From Thermoplasmatota archaeon (GTDB taxonomy: Archaea > Thermoplasmatota > Poseidoniia > Poseidoniales > Thalassarchaeaceae): a DNA stretch of 57,536 bases. A program made the translations under genes and the position numbers. Shown one piece after another: positions 26,612 to 35,865 of this stretch (position 1 is its first letter; the number at the start of each line of letters is the position of its first letter). The stretch is from the NCBI GenBank assembly GCA_036251765.1, contig JAZANL010000062.1:1-57536 (forward strand), written 5' to 3'. Under the pieces are notes generated by a model that worked only from the letters and a program-made list of their open reading frames with translations, was not told where the DNA came from and ran no database searches.

Positions 26612-27214
26612 ATGTGGGGGTGCCGCAATGCCATGCCTGAGGCCGTTGTCGCACTAACTGGAGCCTCGGGGGCACAGTACTGTGTCAAACTGATCGAGGC
26701 TCTTGTTGAGCACAATTGGTCTGTGAATCTGATAGTAACTAGTACCGGAGCCATTAATCTGGATCTGGAATGTGGGATTTCCCCTAGTGAATTGGCCGAA
26801 AGAGAAGGCGTGACTCTGGAGGATAATGCCAATCTGGCTGCCAGGGCGGCATCGGGTTCTGCTAGATTCGATGCCTATGTCATTTGTCCGGCCAGTGGCA
26901 CAACCATTGGAAAAATAGCCGCAGGAATTAGTGACAATCTTGCAACTAGGAGTGCTTTGGTTGCAATGAAGGAAAGGAGAAAATTGATCATTGTACCCAG
27001 GGAGGCTCCCTACTCAACACCTCATCTGAAAGCTATGTTCAACCTATCCGAGTGGGGTGCAGTAATCCTTCCTGCGAGTCCAGGATTCTACCATTCCCCT
27101 AGAAATATTGGGGACTTGGTTGACTTTGTGGTGGCTAGGATACTAGATCAGTTGGACATTGACCACTCGTTGGGCAAAAGGTGGACTGGCGAAGAGGTCG
27201 ATGCTGAAGATTGA
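26612..27214 (+). CDS. ubiX: Flavin prenyltransferase UbiX family
   Basis: VVALTGASGAQYCVKLIEAL...LIVTSTG, ICPASGTTIGKIAAGISDNL, IVPREAPYSTPHLKAM. Alternative ATG at 26633 (MPEAVVALTGASG). Confidence 0.85.
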   Translation: MWGCRNAMPEAVVALTGASGAQYCVKLIEALVEHNWSVNLIVTSTGAINLDLECGISPSELAEREGVTLEDNANLAARAASGSARFDAYVICPASGTTIGKIAAGISDNLATRSALVAMKERRKLIIVPREAPYSTPHLKAMFNLSEWGAVILPASPGFYHSPRNIGDLVDFVVARILDQLDIDHSLGKRWTGEEVDAED

Positions 27215-27277
27215 CCTCCACCATGACCGTAACTGGAATGGGTTCAATAGTGGTGGAAAGAGTTCAATTGCAATAAC

Positions 27278-28834
27278 ATGGCTGAATTGGCATCTGGTTT
27301 TGGGAAGTCGACTTCCACGATGGTAGTCATTGGCATGATTGTCATTGGAGCGGCGGGAGGCGGGATTTTGTTCGGGGACGATCTGGTGAAATGGATTAAG
27401 GGAGAGCAAGAATACGAGTTAATTGACTTTGACACCAACCAAACTAGATCATATGCCCAGGGCCTAGTTGACCTAGGCGATCCGAATTGGGGAGGGAGGC
27501 TTTCTGGGACTGTAGAAGAAGAGAATGCGGCACAATCTATCAAGACCAATTTCTCGAATAGCGGATTGCCATCTACTCTAGAAGAGTTTGACGTCCCACT
27601 TTACTACATGGGAAACACATTCGAACTGACGATTTGCCAGCCTGGCAATGTTGGGGGGATCTTCGGCGGCCCTGCACCTTGCTCTGTAGCCGACTTGGAC
27701 AGGGACATAGTACAATTCGAGCATCGTTCAGATTTCGTAGTCCAGGGGTACAGCGGGAGCGTCAATATCCCATCGAACAGCGATGTCCATGTCATCGACT
27801 TAGGGATGGGAAATGAATCAGAGGATTGGAGTGCAGCAGGCAATGGCGTTGGACTGGTGTGGATCTTGGACGGAGAAGATGGTCAACCGGGGACCGAAAG
27901 TAACACCATCCTGATGATGAGAGCACAGGAGAATGGTCTTAGGGGACTGATTACGATAAATTCTAGGCAGAATTGTGATGATTTGGTTTCTGGTGATTGC
28001 GTCCCTTACTCGAAATCCCTGGATATCACCCAGTTCCAGGAAAAGCCGTACGACATCGGATTCGTAATGGTCTCTAAGAGTGTGGGCGAGTCAATCCGTG
28101 ACAACGTAGTGAATTCCGATGGGATGCTAGGATTCAGCGTAGAAGTTGACAATCAGAACAATGGGAACGTCCACGTCCCTTGTGGAATTATAGAGGGCGA
28201 GAGTGATGAATTGGTAGTTATTGGGGCTCATCACGACACAGTCTACAATGGCCAAGGTGCAGTGGACAACACGGCTGGGACTGCAACTGTGATGGAGATG
28301 GCTAGGCAATTCGGACTATTGCAGGAAGAGTTTGGAGAGCCTGCGTTGACGATATACTTCTGCACTTGGGGTGGCGAAGAAGAGGGTCTCTGGGGGTCCT
28401 CAGAATGGGTCAGCAAGCATAGAGAAATGCTTCAGGAGAATCTCAGGTTATACATCAACCTGGATATGAACCACGTAGACTCAGAGAGGAACGCTGGACT
28501 AACCCTTCTGGGAAACAGTGCGAGAGATGTGAGACACATCGAGGGTTTGGTTGAGGTGTTTGCTGATTCCCATCCTGAACTGTACGAAAGGTACAGCATT
28601 AGCATCAGGCAGCTGGGCTCGGAGGAGATGCCAGACAACTCGGATCATGCGCCATTCGTCTTTGGCATCCACCAAGAAGAGTCTGACGAATATGGGATGG
28701 CGATGATGTGCTATGGTTCCGGCTCATCAGAATATCATACCTACCTGGACAACATGGATCGATTCAACGAGGAGAGCCTTGCTGTTTCTGGAATAATCTA
28801 TGGGTCCCTAGTCAGGCACCTAGCGTGGGGCTAA
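27278..28834 (+). CDS. Membrane-anchored M28-family metallo-aminopeptidase with PA-like insert
   Basis: N-terminal TM MVVIGMIVIGAAGGGILFG. Zn ligand motifs VIGAHHDTVYNGQGAVDNTAGTA, WGGEEEGLWGS, SDHAPF. Confidence 0.8.
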   Translation: MAELASGFGKSTSTMVVIGMIVIGAAGGGILFGDDLVKWIKGEQEYELIDFDTNQTRSYAQGLVDLGDPNWGGRLSGTVEEENAAQSIKTNFSNSGLPSTLEEFDVPLYYMGNTFELTICQPGNVGGIFGGPAPCSVADLDRDIVQFEHRSDFVVQGYSGSVNIPSNSDVHVIDLGMGNESEDWSAAGNGVGLVWILDGEDGQPGTESNTILMMRAQENGLRGLITINSRQNCDDLVSGDCVPYSKSLDITQFQEKPYDIGFVMVSKSVGESIRDNVVNSDGMLGFSVEVDNQNNGNVHVPCGIIEGESDELVVIGAHHDTVYNGQGAVDNTAGTATVMEMARQFGLLQEEFGEPALTIYFCTWGGEEEGLWGSSEWVSKHREMLQENLRLYINLDMNHVDSERNAGLTLLGNSARDVRHIEGLVEVFADSHPELYERYSISIRQLGSEEMPDNSDHAPFVFGIHQEESDEYGMAMMCYGSGSSEYHTYLDNMDRFNEESLAVSGIIYGSLVRHLAWG

Positions 28835-29295
28835 GGTGAACAGAAAGAGACTACTTCTTCGTAATCTGGTTCGACCCCGGGATTTTCGGCCACCCATCGA
28901 TACTGGACAGTCCCCTCGCTGTCGATTATTATGACTACGCGATTTGCGCTGACATAGCCATCGAGACCTCCGAGACCAACGAATCCGGCATCATATGAAT
29001 CTACTACCTCTCTGTCGAGATCTGAGAGTAATTCGAATTCTAGGTTGTATCTTCTCGCAAACTCTGCATTCGCCCATGGAGAGTCTACGCTAATCCCCAA
29101 TACAGTCGCATTGCAATCATTCAGAATGGCGAGATTATCTTGAAATGAGCACATCTCTTTGTCGCAAACACCAGTAAATGCTCCGGGATAGAATGCCAAA
29201 ATGACAGTCTTTCCTCGGTGATCAGAGAGTGTCACTCCCTCTTTTGACGTGTTCTTCAATGTAAAATCGGGTGCCTTGTCGCCTACTTTAACCAT
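28831..29295 (-). CDS. bcp: Peroxiredoxin, Bcp/PrxQ-type
   Basis: MVKVGDKAPDFTL...VILAFYPGAFTGVCDKEMCSF (Cys-x4-Cys). Start chosen at ATG 29295; the track start is 29316. Its stop overlaps the convergent M28 stop. Confidence 0.85.
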   Translation of the reverse strand: MVKVGDKAPDFTLKNTSKEGVTLSDHRGKTVILAFYPGAFTGVCDKEMCSFQDNLAILNDCNATVLGISVDSPWANAEFARRYNLEFELLSDLDREVVDSYDAGFVGLGGLDGYVSANRVVIIIDSEGTVQYRWVAENPGVEPDYEEVVSFCSP

Positions 29296-29335
29296 GAAGA
29301 CTGCGAGAGGTTGCATATTTTGAACATGCCTAGAT

Positions 29336-31051
29336 TCACATTCTCTCTGGGACGTCGATTCCCAATATCCCCAATCCCAATTGGAGTTCTCTAGCGGTAA
29401 GATCGCACAAGGCTAGTCTCCTTCTAGACAACTTTGGATTCTCCTCGTTCAGAATACTACAATTCTCGTAGAAAGAGGCAAATGAGGATGCTACTGAGTG
29501 GAGTTGTTTGCAAATCTTGTGAGGGCTGAAGGTAGTGATTGAATCATCCAAAATAGACGGGAATTCTACGAGTCGTCGTGCTAGTGTCAGTTCTTCGTTG
29601 CTAAGGCTAATTTGGCCGTCTTCCAGAATAGAGTCAAGATCAGCCCGAAGCGAGTCCCTCTCCCCTCCCCACTTTCTGAAAATGCTACAAATTCTGGCGT
29701 GTGCATATTGGAGATAGGGGGCCGTATTGCCCTCGAAGGATAGCATCCTCTCCCAATCGAAAACGTAATCCTTCGTCCTTTCGGTGGATAGATCTGCATA
29801 CTTGACTGCACCGATACCCACTTTTCTGGCGACTTGCTTCCTATCCTCGCCTACCAAATCGGGGTTCTTCTCGTTTATTGCATCCTCAGCTCGCCTTATT
29901 GCCTCATCAAGTAGATCATGCAGCTTGATTACCTCTCCTTCGCGGCTCTTCAGGACCTTGCCATCCGTATCCAAGACTGAGCCAAAATTGACGTGAATCG
30001 CCTGGTGTTTTTCACTCATGAATCCAGCTTGTATGGCAACCTGAAAAACCATCTCGAAATGCTGCTTTTGAGGAGTTCCAACGACATAGAGAAATCCATC
30101 GCAACCCAGCCTCTCTACTCTGTCGATAATACACGCCAAATCTGAGGTGCTGTAGTTGTATCCACCGTCTGCCTTCCTGATTATCATCGGAAGCGGATCT
30201 CCCTCTCGATTGACCCATCCGCCCGGAAACACAACATCTGCCCCCTCGCTCTCCTCCAGAATTCCTGCCTCGTGGAGTCGTGCAACGACGTCGGGTAGTA
30301 AGTCCCTATAGCTGGACTCGCCTCTAATGTCTTCATCTGTTAATAGAACCCCCAGCATCGAGTATACCTCGTTGAAGTACCTCATTGATTCATCAACCAA
30401 TATTCTCCATAGACGGAGAGTCTCGGGATCCCCCCCTTGTAGAAGAACGACCCTGCTCCTGGAGCGATCGGCGAACTCATCATCGGAGACGAACTTAGCC
30501 CTAGCCTGTTTGTAGAATGAGTCTAGATCCCCCACTCCCAACTCATTTGCTGCCTGATCCTCTCCGAGATCTAGTAGGTGCTCGATCAACATGCCGAATG
30601 GGGTGCCCCAATCCCCTACGTGATTTTCCCTGATCGCCCTATGCCCCTTGAATTCTAGCATCCTGACAATTGAGTCTCCTATCACCGTTGACCTCAAGTG
30701 GCCAACGTGCATCTCCTTAGCCACGTTTGGGGCAGAATAATCGATAGCGAATGTAAGTGGTTTTTCGGTCTCGATGCCCAATCTTGGGTCTGAAAGTAGC
30801 TGCGAAAGTGATTTCCAGAGCCAAGCTGGTTTTGCGCTGACGTTGACGAACCCGCTAATTGATGAGACATTTGCAATTGGGTCGAGATCTTCCTTGACGA
30901 GTGAGCAAATTTGCTCAGCGATATCCTGAGGGGACCTTCGCAAAATACTCGCGAGAGAATGGCACGGGAGGGCAATGTCTCCATGGTCCTCAACGGTCGC
31001 TCTGCCAATTAATGGAATCCAAACTGAGTCTTCTACCTCCATCGACGCCAT
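29336..31051 (-). CDS. argS: Arginine--tRNA ligase
   Basis: SAPNVAKEMHVGHLRSTVIGD (HIGH-type motif) and a C-terminal anticodon-binding DALR-like region (APYLQYAHARICSI). Confidence 0.92.
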   Translation of the reverse strand: MASMEVEDSVWIPLIGRATVEDHGDIALPCHSLASILRRSPQDIAEQICSLVKEDLDPIANVSSISGFVNVSAKPAWLWKSLSQLLSDPRLGIETEKPLTFAIDYSAPNVAKEMHVGHLRSTVIGDSIVRMLEFKGHRAIRENHVGDWGTPFGMLIEHLLDLGEDQAANELGVGDLDSFYKQARAKFVSDDEFADRSRSRVVLLQGGDPETLRLWRILVDESMRYFNEVYSMLGVLLTDEDIRGESSYRDLLPDVVARLHEAGILEESEGADVVFPGGWVNREGDPLPMIIRKADGGYNYSTSDLACIIDRVERLGCDGFLYVVGTPQKQHFEMVFQVAIQAGFMSEKHQAIHVNFGSVLDTDGKVLKSREGEVIKLHDLLDEAIRRAEDAINEKNPDLVGEDRKQVARKVGIGAVKYADLSTERTKDYVFDWERMLSFEGNTAPYLQYAHARICSIFRKWGGERDSLRADLDSILEDGQISLSNEELTLARRLVEFPSILDDSITTFSPHKICKQLHSVASSFASFYENCSILNEENPKLSRRRLALCDLTARELQLGLGILGIDVPERM

Positions 31052-31107
31052 TGCCTTAGAGAAGGTTGGAGAAATCTCAATAATTAGGTCCCTAATACTA
31101 AATCACC

Positions 31108-32355
31108 TCATGAAATTGGATATCTCAGCAGTGCCGCGATTCCGCCGAATGCCGTATTGAGTGTCGAGCCCTCCTCGGTATCCAGAGAGATTAGTCTGAC
31201 CTTTGCAGAGGTGTGTCCAGCCAGCGTAGTTAGTTCGTCGATGAGATCCATTGTATTCTCATCGTCCTCACTTACTTTGTCTGATTTGCACTCGGGGCAA
31301 ATTGGGGTTGCCGATGACTTATCATGTGTGCTAACCCATTCGTTCTTGCACCCCTTGCAAAACCAAGTGACTCTCCTCTTCGTTATTGCCTCGGAGAGGA
31401 GTAGGGTGGAAACGGCACCTTGATCCAAAGCTGAGCGTATCATCATCTCACCATAAGTCGCCTTTGGGTTTGACTTCATCACCTCCTGCAAGAATTCATC
31501 GACGATTGTCCGTTCGACATCTAGCTCTATCTGGTCCATTGTTGAGCCGGCGCGTTGAATCAACTCTCTTAGGCCGCTTTCATTGGAATACCCAACATCA
31601 AAGAATGGTTCAGCAATTAGCTTCTTGATTTCGTGATGAAAGTAATCATTCTTCACTACGAAATCCTTTGTCGCTCCTGGGCCTCCGATTATTACTCCCT
31701 TCAAATCCTGAACCATGGGGAGCCAGTAGTTCGACGCTCTTTCTGTTGCTTTCTTGAAGAAATTATGAGCTGCCTCCTCGATAAGCCTCTCGAACCTTTG
31801 TGCAGATTGGCCCCCCCTCCCATGCTTGGAGGGGACTAGTGAAGTGATGTGCTCCTGGCAGTGGAGTCTTTTTCCCGAGGCCAATCCATAAGCAGCCTCG
31901 GACCTATCTATGACAAAGAGAGCATATGAGGTTCTATCGATAAGCATCTCTTCCAACTGACTAACTTCGAAGGATGAGTCGCACCTGTATCTGAAAGATG
32001 GAAATGGCTCTGGTGGATCGTCAATGACTGTAGACATCAGCCTTGTCTTGTTGTTTCCAACAATCACGTGGCCAACGAAAATTGCGATGCCCCCCTCTCC
32101 GGGGGTCTTGTAACGATTTATGGTAGAGATTGCTGATTCAATTGCATCAGTCACATGCTTCTTGGTGGATTTTGACTTGATGTTGGCAGCTTGTCCGGCC
32201 TCATTTCCAAGATGTTGGCGAACATCGCTAATCATTCTATCAGGGGGGATAATGACCGTAACTAACTCAGTCCCCATGCCCTTCATTGCCGAGAGTTCCT
32301 CTAGCGACTTCTTTAGTCGAAGCCTACGCTGCTGCTGCGCTATCTCGTCAGACAT
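31108..32355 (-). CDS. prf1: Peptide chain release factor aRF1
   Basis: NIKS motif (AANIKSKSTKK), GGQ motif (HGRGGQSAQRF), C-terminal Zn-ribbon-like insert CKGCKNEW...CPECK. Confidence 0.93.
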   Translation of the reverse strand: MSDEIAQQQRRLRLKKSLEELSAMKGMGTELVTVIIPPDRMISDVRQHLGNEAGQAANIKSKSTKKHVTDAIESAISTINRYKTPGEGGIAIFVGHVIVGNNKTRLMSTVIDDPPEPFPSFRYRCDSSFEVSQLEEMLIDRTSYALFVIDRSEAAYGLASGKRLHCQEHITSLVPSKHGRGGQSAQRFERLIEEAAHNFFKKATERASNYWLPMVQDLKGVIIGGPGATKDFVVKNDYFHHEIKKLIAEPFFDVGYSNESGLRELIQRAGSTMDQIELDVERTIVDEFLQEVMKSNPKATYGEMMIRSALDQGAVSTLLLSEAITKRRVTWFCKGCKNEWVSTHDKSSATPICPECKSDKVSEDDENTMDLIDELTTLAGHTSAKVRLISLDTEEGSTLNTAFGGIAALLRYPIS

Positions 32356-32452
32356 GCTACTCCTCCGTGATTTGCCATCATGGGCGGCATTTCAACCCTT
32401 CAGCGCCAGTAGAGCATACGTATTGAAAGGCAAGGTGCCCAACCTATGGTCG

Positions 32453-33154
32453 ATGGCGACTGTTGTTGTTGCGCTCGGAGGGAGCTTGCTTAGGCCTGAA
32501 GTTGAGGGTAGGCAAACATGGTTACAGGGCATGGTCGAAGTAATCGTTTCGAGAGTAGAGTCTGGTTCAAAGGTGGCTTTGGTCGTTGGAGGTGGCGCTC
32601 CTGCGAGAGAGGGGATTGAATTGGCCAAGCCATTTATCGAAGATGTATCCCACTTGGACAGGATTGGAATTGCCGCGACTAGACTCAACGCCACCATTGT
32701 TAGGGAAGCACTATCTGAAGGTGGAGTGGCTGTGTCTGCCAAGATTCCGGAAAGCATTGGAGAGGCAGTCCTAGAACTGGAGAAATGGGATGTTGTAGTT
32801 ATGGGGGGGACTGAGCCTGGCCACACTACCGATGCAGTTGCAATTAGATTGGCGATTCAGAGTGAGGCAGAGAAGTGCGTTATTGCGACGAACGTATCTC
32901 GAGTCTATGCAGAGGACCCAAGGCATAATCCAGAAGCAAAATCATTCGATGAGCTCACGCTGAGTGAATTGCAAGAGATTGTCGGGCCTCCAGAACATGC
33001 TGAGGCGGGTTCCTCCCAAGTCGTTGATCCGGTTGGTGTAGGCGAGGCTTTGGAGCATGGACTCAATCTTGACGTACTGGATGGGAGAGATACTGAAGTA
33101 ATCAATAAATCACTGCAGGGGGAAAATTTTGAGGGGACGAGGGTGAGGGGCTAA
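32453..33154 (+). CDS. pyrH: Uridylate (UMP) kinase, archaeal type
   Basis: MATVVVALGGSLLRPE..., VALVVGGGAPAR, VVVMGGTEPGHTTDAVA. The track ORF from 32120 overlaps aRF1 antisense, so ATG 32453 is chosen. Confidence 0.85.
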   Translation: MATVVVALGGSLLRPEVEGRQTWLQGMVEVIVSRVESGSKVALVVGGGAPAREGIELAKPFIEDVSHLDRIGIAATRLNATIVREALSEGGVAVSAKIPESIGEAVLELEKWDVVVMGGTEPGHTTDAVAIRLAIQSEAEKCVIATNVSRVYAEDPRHNPEAKSFDELTLSELQEIVGPPEHAEAGSSQVVDPVGVGEALEHGLNLDVLDGRDTEVINKSLQGENFEGTRVRG

Positions 33155-33462
33155 TGGCCAGTAGGAAAGACACAATTCTGAAGGCGGCAAAGAGGACTGC
33201 GAAGCAAGCCCATGCCGCGGCCTCAAAGAGGGGGAGCAAAACCAGAACTAGGGTCGGCATAGAGCCTCATAGGCATTGTTCCGTTTGCTGGAAGCCAATC
33301 TCATTGGAAAGCGAACCTCCCATTTGCGGCGATGAGAATTGCCAAGCGATGTATGAAAGGCGAGAGAAATCGAGGAAAAGATTCAGCTTCTTGATGTACT
33401 TCGGGATTGCAATCTTCGTAGGTCTACTAGCATTCCAGATAATCATGGGAGCGTCAGGTTAA
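33154..33462 (+). CDS. Small Zn-ribbon plus C-terminal TM protein (DUF2116-like)
   Basis: Basic N-terminus, HRHCSVCWKPISLESEPPICGDENCQAMYERREKSRKR, then TM FLMYFGIAIFVGLLAFQII. The ATG overlaps the pyrH stop (TAATG). Confidence 0.65.
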   Translation: MASRKDTILKAAKRTAKQAHAAASKRGSKTRTRVGIEPHRHCSVCWKPISLESEPPICGDENCQAMYERREKSRKRFSFLMYFGIAIFVGLLAFQIIMGASG

Positions 33463-33489
33463 ATCATGTTGAAACAGGAGGAATGCTAG

Positions 33490-34071
33490 ATGATGGTGAG
33501 GATTCTTTCCGTCCTGCCGATGTTAGTCGGGTTGCTGTGCGCCCTTATTCTGGTTCTGAGTCTGTTCGGATACCAAACACCGGTCAAAGGAGAACAGGTT
33601 CCTATCGTGCCTTGCTCGGATGATGACTCGGGGTGCTATGTCGTAATGACGGTTGATGATTTGGATGTCCCAAGAGCATTCAGACTATTGGAAATCACAA
33701 TCCATGTTGAGTGGGATGAACCAGACAGGGGGTGGCTGGGAGTAGTAGATTCCTCGGCGGCAGAAGATTGCCCCCCCGACTCGATGGGACTCACAAAGTG
33801 CACAGAAGAGGAGATTGAAGATTTCCTAGTTGCCGGAGGCTCACAAAACGAAGGTTCCATGACATTCCGGCTCGAACCTGGTTCCTACCGTTTCGTAACT
33901 GCTGGTTATGAGGGATCTGGTCTCGAGAAGCAGCAAGTGGACATTTCCTCTGGCATACACCTGAACAATTTCGTGGAGATTATCCTAGCTGCCACCTCTG
34001 GACTGCTACTAATTGGTGCTGGAGAGATGGCTTTCCCGATTAGAAATCTGATAAAGAAAATAAGAGGTTAG
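33490..34071 (+). CDS. Hypothetical membrane protein (N-terminal and C-terminal TM helices)
   Basis: 193-aa ORF. VLPMLVGLLCALILVLSLF at the N-terminus and IILAATSGLLLIGAG near the C-terminus. No recognised family. Confidence 0.6.
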   Translation: MMVRILSVLPMLVGLLCALILVLSLFGYQTPVKGEQVPIVPCSDDDSGCYVVMTVDDLDVPRAFRLLEITIHVEWDEPDRGWLGVVDSSAAEDCPPDSMGLTKCTEEEIEDFLVAGGSQNEGSMTFRLEPGSYRFVTAGYEGSGLEKQQVDISSGIHLNNFVEIILAATSGLLLIGAGEMAFPIRNLIKKIRG

Positions 34072-34122
34072 AAGTGGGTTTCCCTCAGTATCGTTGAATA
34101 ACCAATCCGTATTGGGCAGGGT

Positions 34123-34239
34123 ATGCGTGTGACAAAATGCCCCAACTGCGGGTCTGAGGTTGATGTCTCGGGACTTCCTGAGTCTTATGGCGGACACAAC
34201 TTCTACTGCGTAGTTTGTGGCCACTCTTGGCACGTATAG
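34123..34239 (+). CDS. 38-aa zinc-ribbon mini-protein (below the track size cutoff)
   Basis: Manual translation gives MRVTKCPNCGSEVDVSGLPESYGGHNFYCVVCGHSWHV*, with two CxxC pairs. It lies in an otherwise empty 180-bp gap. Confidence 0.45.
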   Translation: MRVTKCPNCGSEVDVSGLPESYGGHNFYCVVCGHSWHV

Positions 34240-34254
34240 TTCTTGCAATTGGGC

Positions 34255-35334
34255 CTAAACCTCGTCCTGACGAGGCCAATGTTCAGGGAGGGTGAGTGGG
34301 TCTTCTACCCTATCAGCGTCGATAATCTCGATAACGTCAGACCTCAACTCCTCCAATCCTTCCCCGGTAATTGAGCTGATTCTGTGATCGTCTTGATCGT
34401 CGCCTTCCTCAATTAAATCGGACTTAGTTGAAACCACCAGAACCCTCCTGTCGGAAAGCAGCCCACGAACCTCTTCGAGGAGATGCTCTTGCTCCGAGAC
34501 TGGAGTTGTCGAGTCATCAGTCCTGTCAATAAGAAACAACAGAACATCACCCAAATGCTCCAGAGCAGCGATGGCCTGCATCTCGATCTGATTCCTCTCA
34601 GGCATGGGCCTATCTAGAAGCCCCGGAGTATCCACCATCTGGTACACTCTTCGTCTGTGAGTGAAGTGTCCTAGGTGGATTTGCTTTGTCGTAAATGGGT
34701 ATGATGCGACCTGTGGCTCCCCGCTCGAAAGTGCGCCAATTAATGCCGATTTCCCGACGTTTGGGGAACCTGCTACTACAATGCAAGGTTCCAATGGGTC
34801 GGTAGAAGGGAGTTTCCTGAGAACATCTCGAGCCTCCCCCAACCACATAATCTGAGGTGAAATCTGATCGATTACTGAGGATAAGCGCCCATATGCATGC
34901 CTCCTTGCCTTGTGGAAACCGTCGATATCCCGAAGTCTGAGTATCTTTGACTGGGCTTCTCCTGAGATTCGTTGGGACCTCTCGGCGGCCCATTGCAATG
35001 ATGCTAGATTCTTTTTGTAGTCATCACACCCGACAGCAGCGTCCACTAGCGCTTGGTCGAACTCTGATAACGCGTTTAGGCTGGGCCATCTATCAACATA
35101 CGAATTTAGTGTCTTTGTCGCGACATCGCATGCAGACTGGACCATTCGATTCATCTGCTTCCTTACTCGATGGTACTTGTCCGGGTCCTCGACCAAATCG
35201 GCCTGACTACTTGCCCTTCCAAATGCCTTGTCAAGGATCTCCTGAGGATAGAGTACTGTCGGAATCGACCTCCATTCTACCGATGCCAAGCTACTACCTC
35301 CGTCGTCTCCGCCACGGTATCGCACTTCAATCAT
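34255..35334 (-). CDS. Nog1-family GTP-binding protein
   Basis: IPTVLYPQEILDKAF, G1 VVAGSPNVGKSALI, G2 YPFTT, G3 MVDTPGLLDRP, G4 STKSD. The track ORF (to 35613) adds a 93-aa Arg/His/Ser-rich extension that overlaps the divergent gene, so ATG 35334 is chosen. Confidence 0.85.
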   Translation of the reverse strand: MIEVRYRGGDDGGSSLASVEWRSIPTVLYPQEILDKAFGRASSQADLVEDPDKYHRVRKQMNRMVQSACDVATKTLNSYVDRWPSLNALSEFDQALVDAAVGCDDYKKNLASLQWAAERSQRISGEAQSKILRLRDIDGFHKARRHAYGRLSSVIDQISPQIMWLGEARDVLRKLPSTDPLEPCIVVAGSPNVGKSALIGALSSGEPQVASYPFTTKQIHLGHFTHRRRVYQMVDTPGLLDRPMPERNQIEMQAIAALEHLGDVLLFLIDRTDDSTTPVSEQEHLLEEVRGLLSDRRVLVVSTKSDLIEEGDDQDDHRISSITGEGLEELRSDVIEIIDADRVEDPLTLPEHWPRQDEV

Positions 35335-35408
35335 TAGCAACAATATGCAGAAAATTGGGGTCCATTGGCGACCCGCTGGTTTTTCTATGACTGCCGTAAC
35401 GAAGGCAT

Positions 35409-35861
35409 GTGTCGGACGCTGGAAGACCGAGTGGAGAAGCCGATTTGCCCGCCTGGGCTGCGAGTTTCTTCGAGAATTATGGGTCTCCCAGTCTGGATGA
35501 GCTTGGCGATGTCTTTCACGGCCCTCTTCTGGACCGGAAATATGGCCTAAGGAAGGACGACTTGGTCGAGATGCTTCTCGACAGGAGGATGCTGCCCGAT
35601 GACAGGGACCCATGGGTTCGTGGAATGATGGTTGGTGGGAGGAGTTCTTCGATAGACATACTGGATGAGAATGGGGATTTCAGATCGATTTCACGTGATG
35701 CGATTGTAGAAGTCAGACTCGTCACGCATCTGAGGAAAACTTACATCGAGGACGAAGAGTTACTGAAATTCGAGAAGGATGATATGAAGAGAAGATCGGA
35801 AGTACACGAGATGGCTGAGAAGACAAGCGAAGGGCATGGCAACAACCTTTCATGGGGGTGA
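35409..35861 (+). CDS. Hypothetical protein
   Basis: 150-aa ORF with balanced composition and a GTG start with GAAGG upstream. No recognised motif. Confidence 0.5.
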   Translation: MSDAGRPSGEADLPAWAASFFENYGSPSLDELGDVFHGPLLDRKYGLRKDDLVEMLLDRRMLPDDRDPWVRGMMVGGRSSSIDILDENGDFRSISRDAIVEVRLVTHLRKTYIEDEELLKFEKDDMKRRSEVHEMAEKTSEGHGNNLSWG

Positions 35862-35865
35862 AGAA

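Noticed and set aside
32120-32452. 111-codon N-terminal extension of the pyrH ORF
   Set aside because: It overlaps the 5' part of aRF1 on the opposite strand. The conserved UMP kinase N-terminus begins at the ATG at 32453.
35335-35613. 93-codon N-terminal extension of the Nog1-like ORF
   Set aside because: It has an Arg/His/Ser/Pro-rich composition unlike the rest of the protein and overlaps the divergent 35409 gene. The conserved Nog1 N-terminal region starts right after the ATG at 35334.
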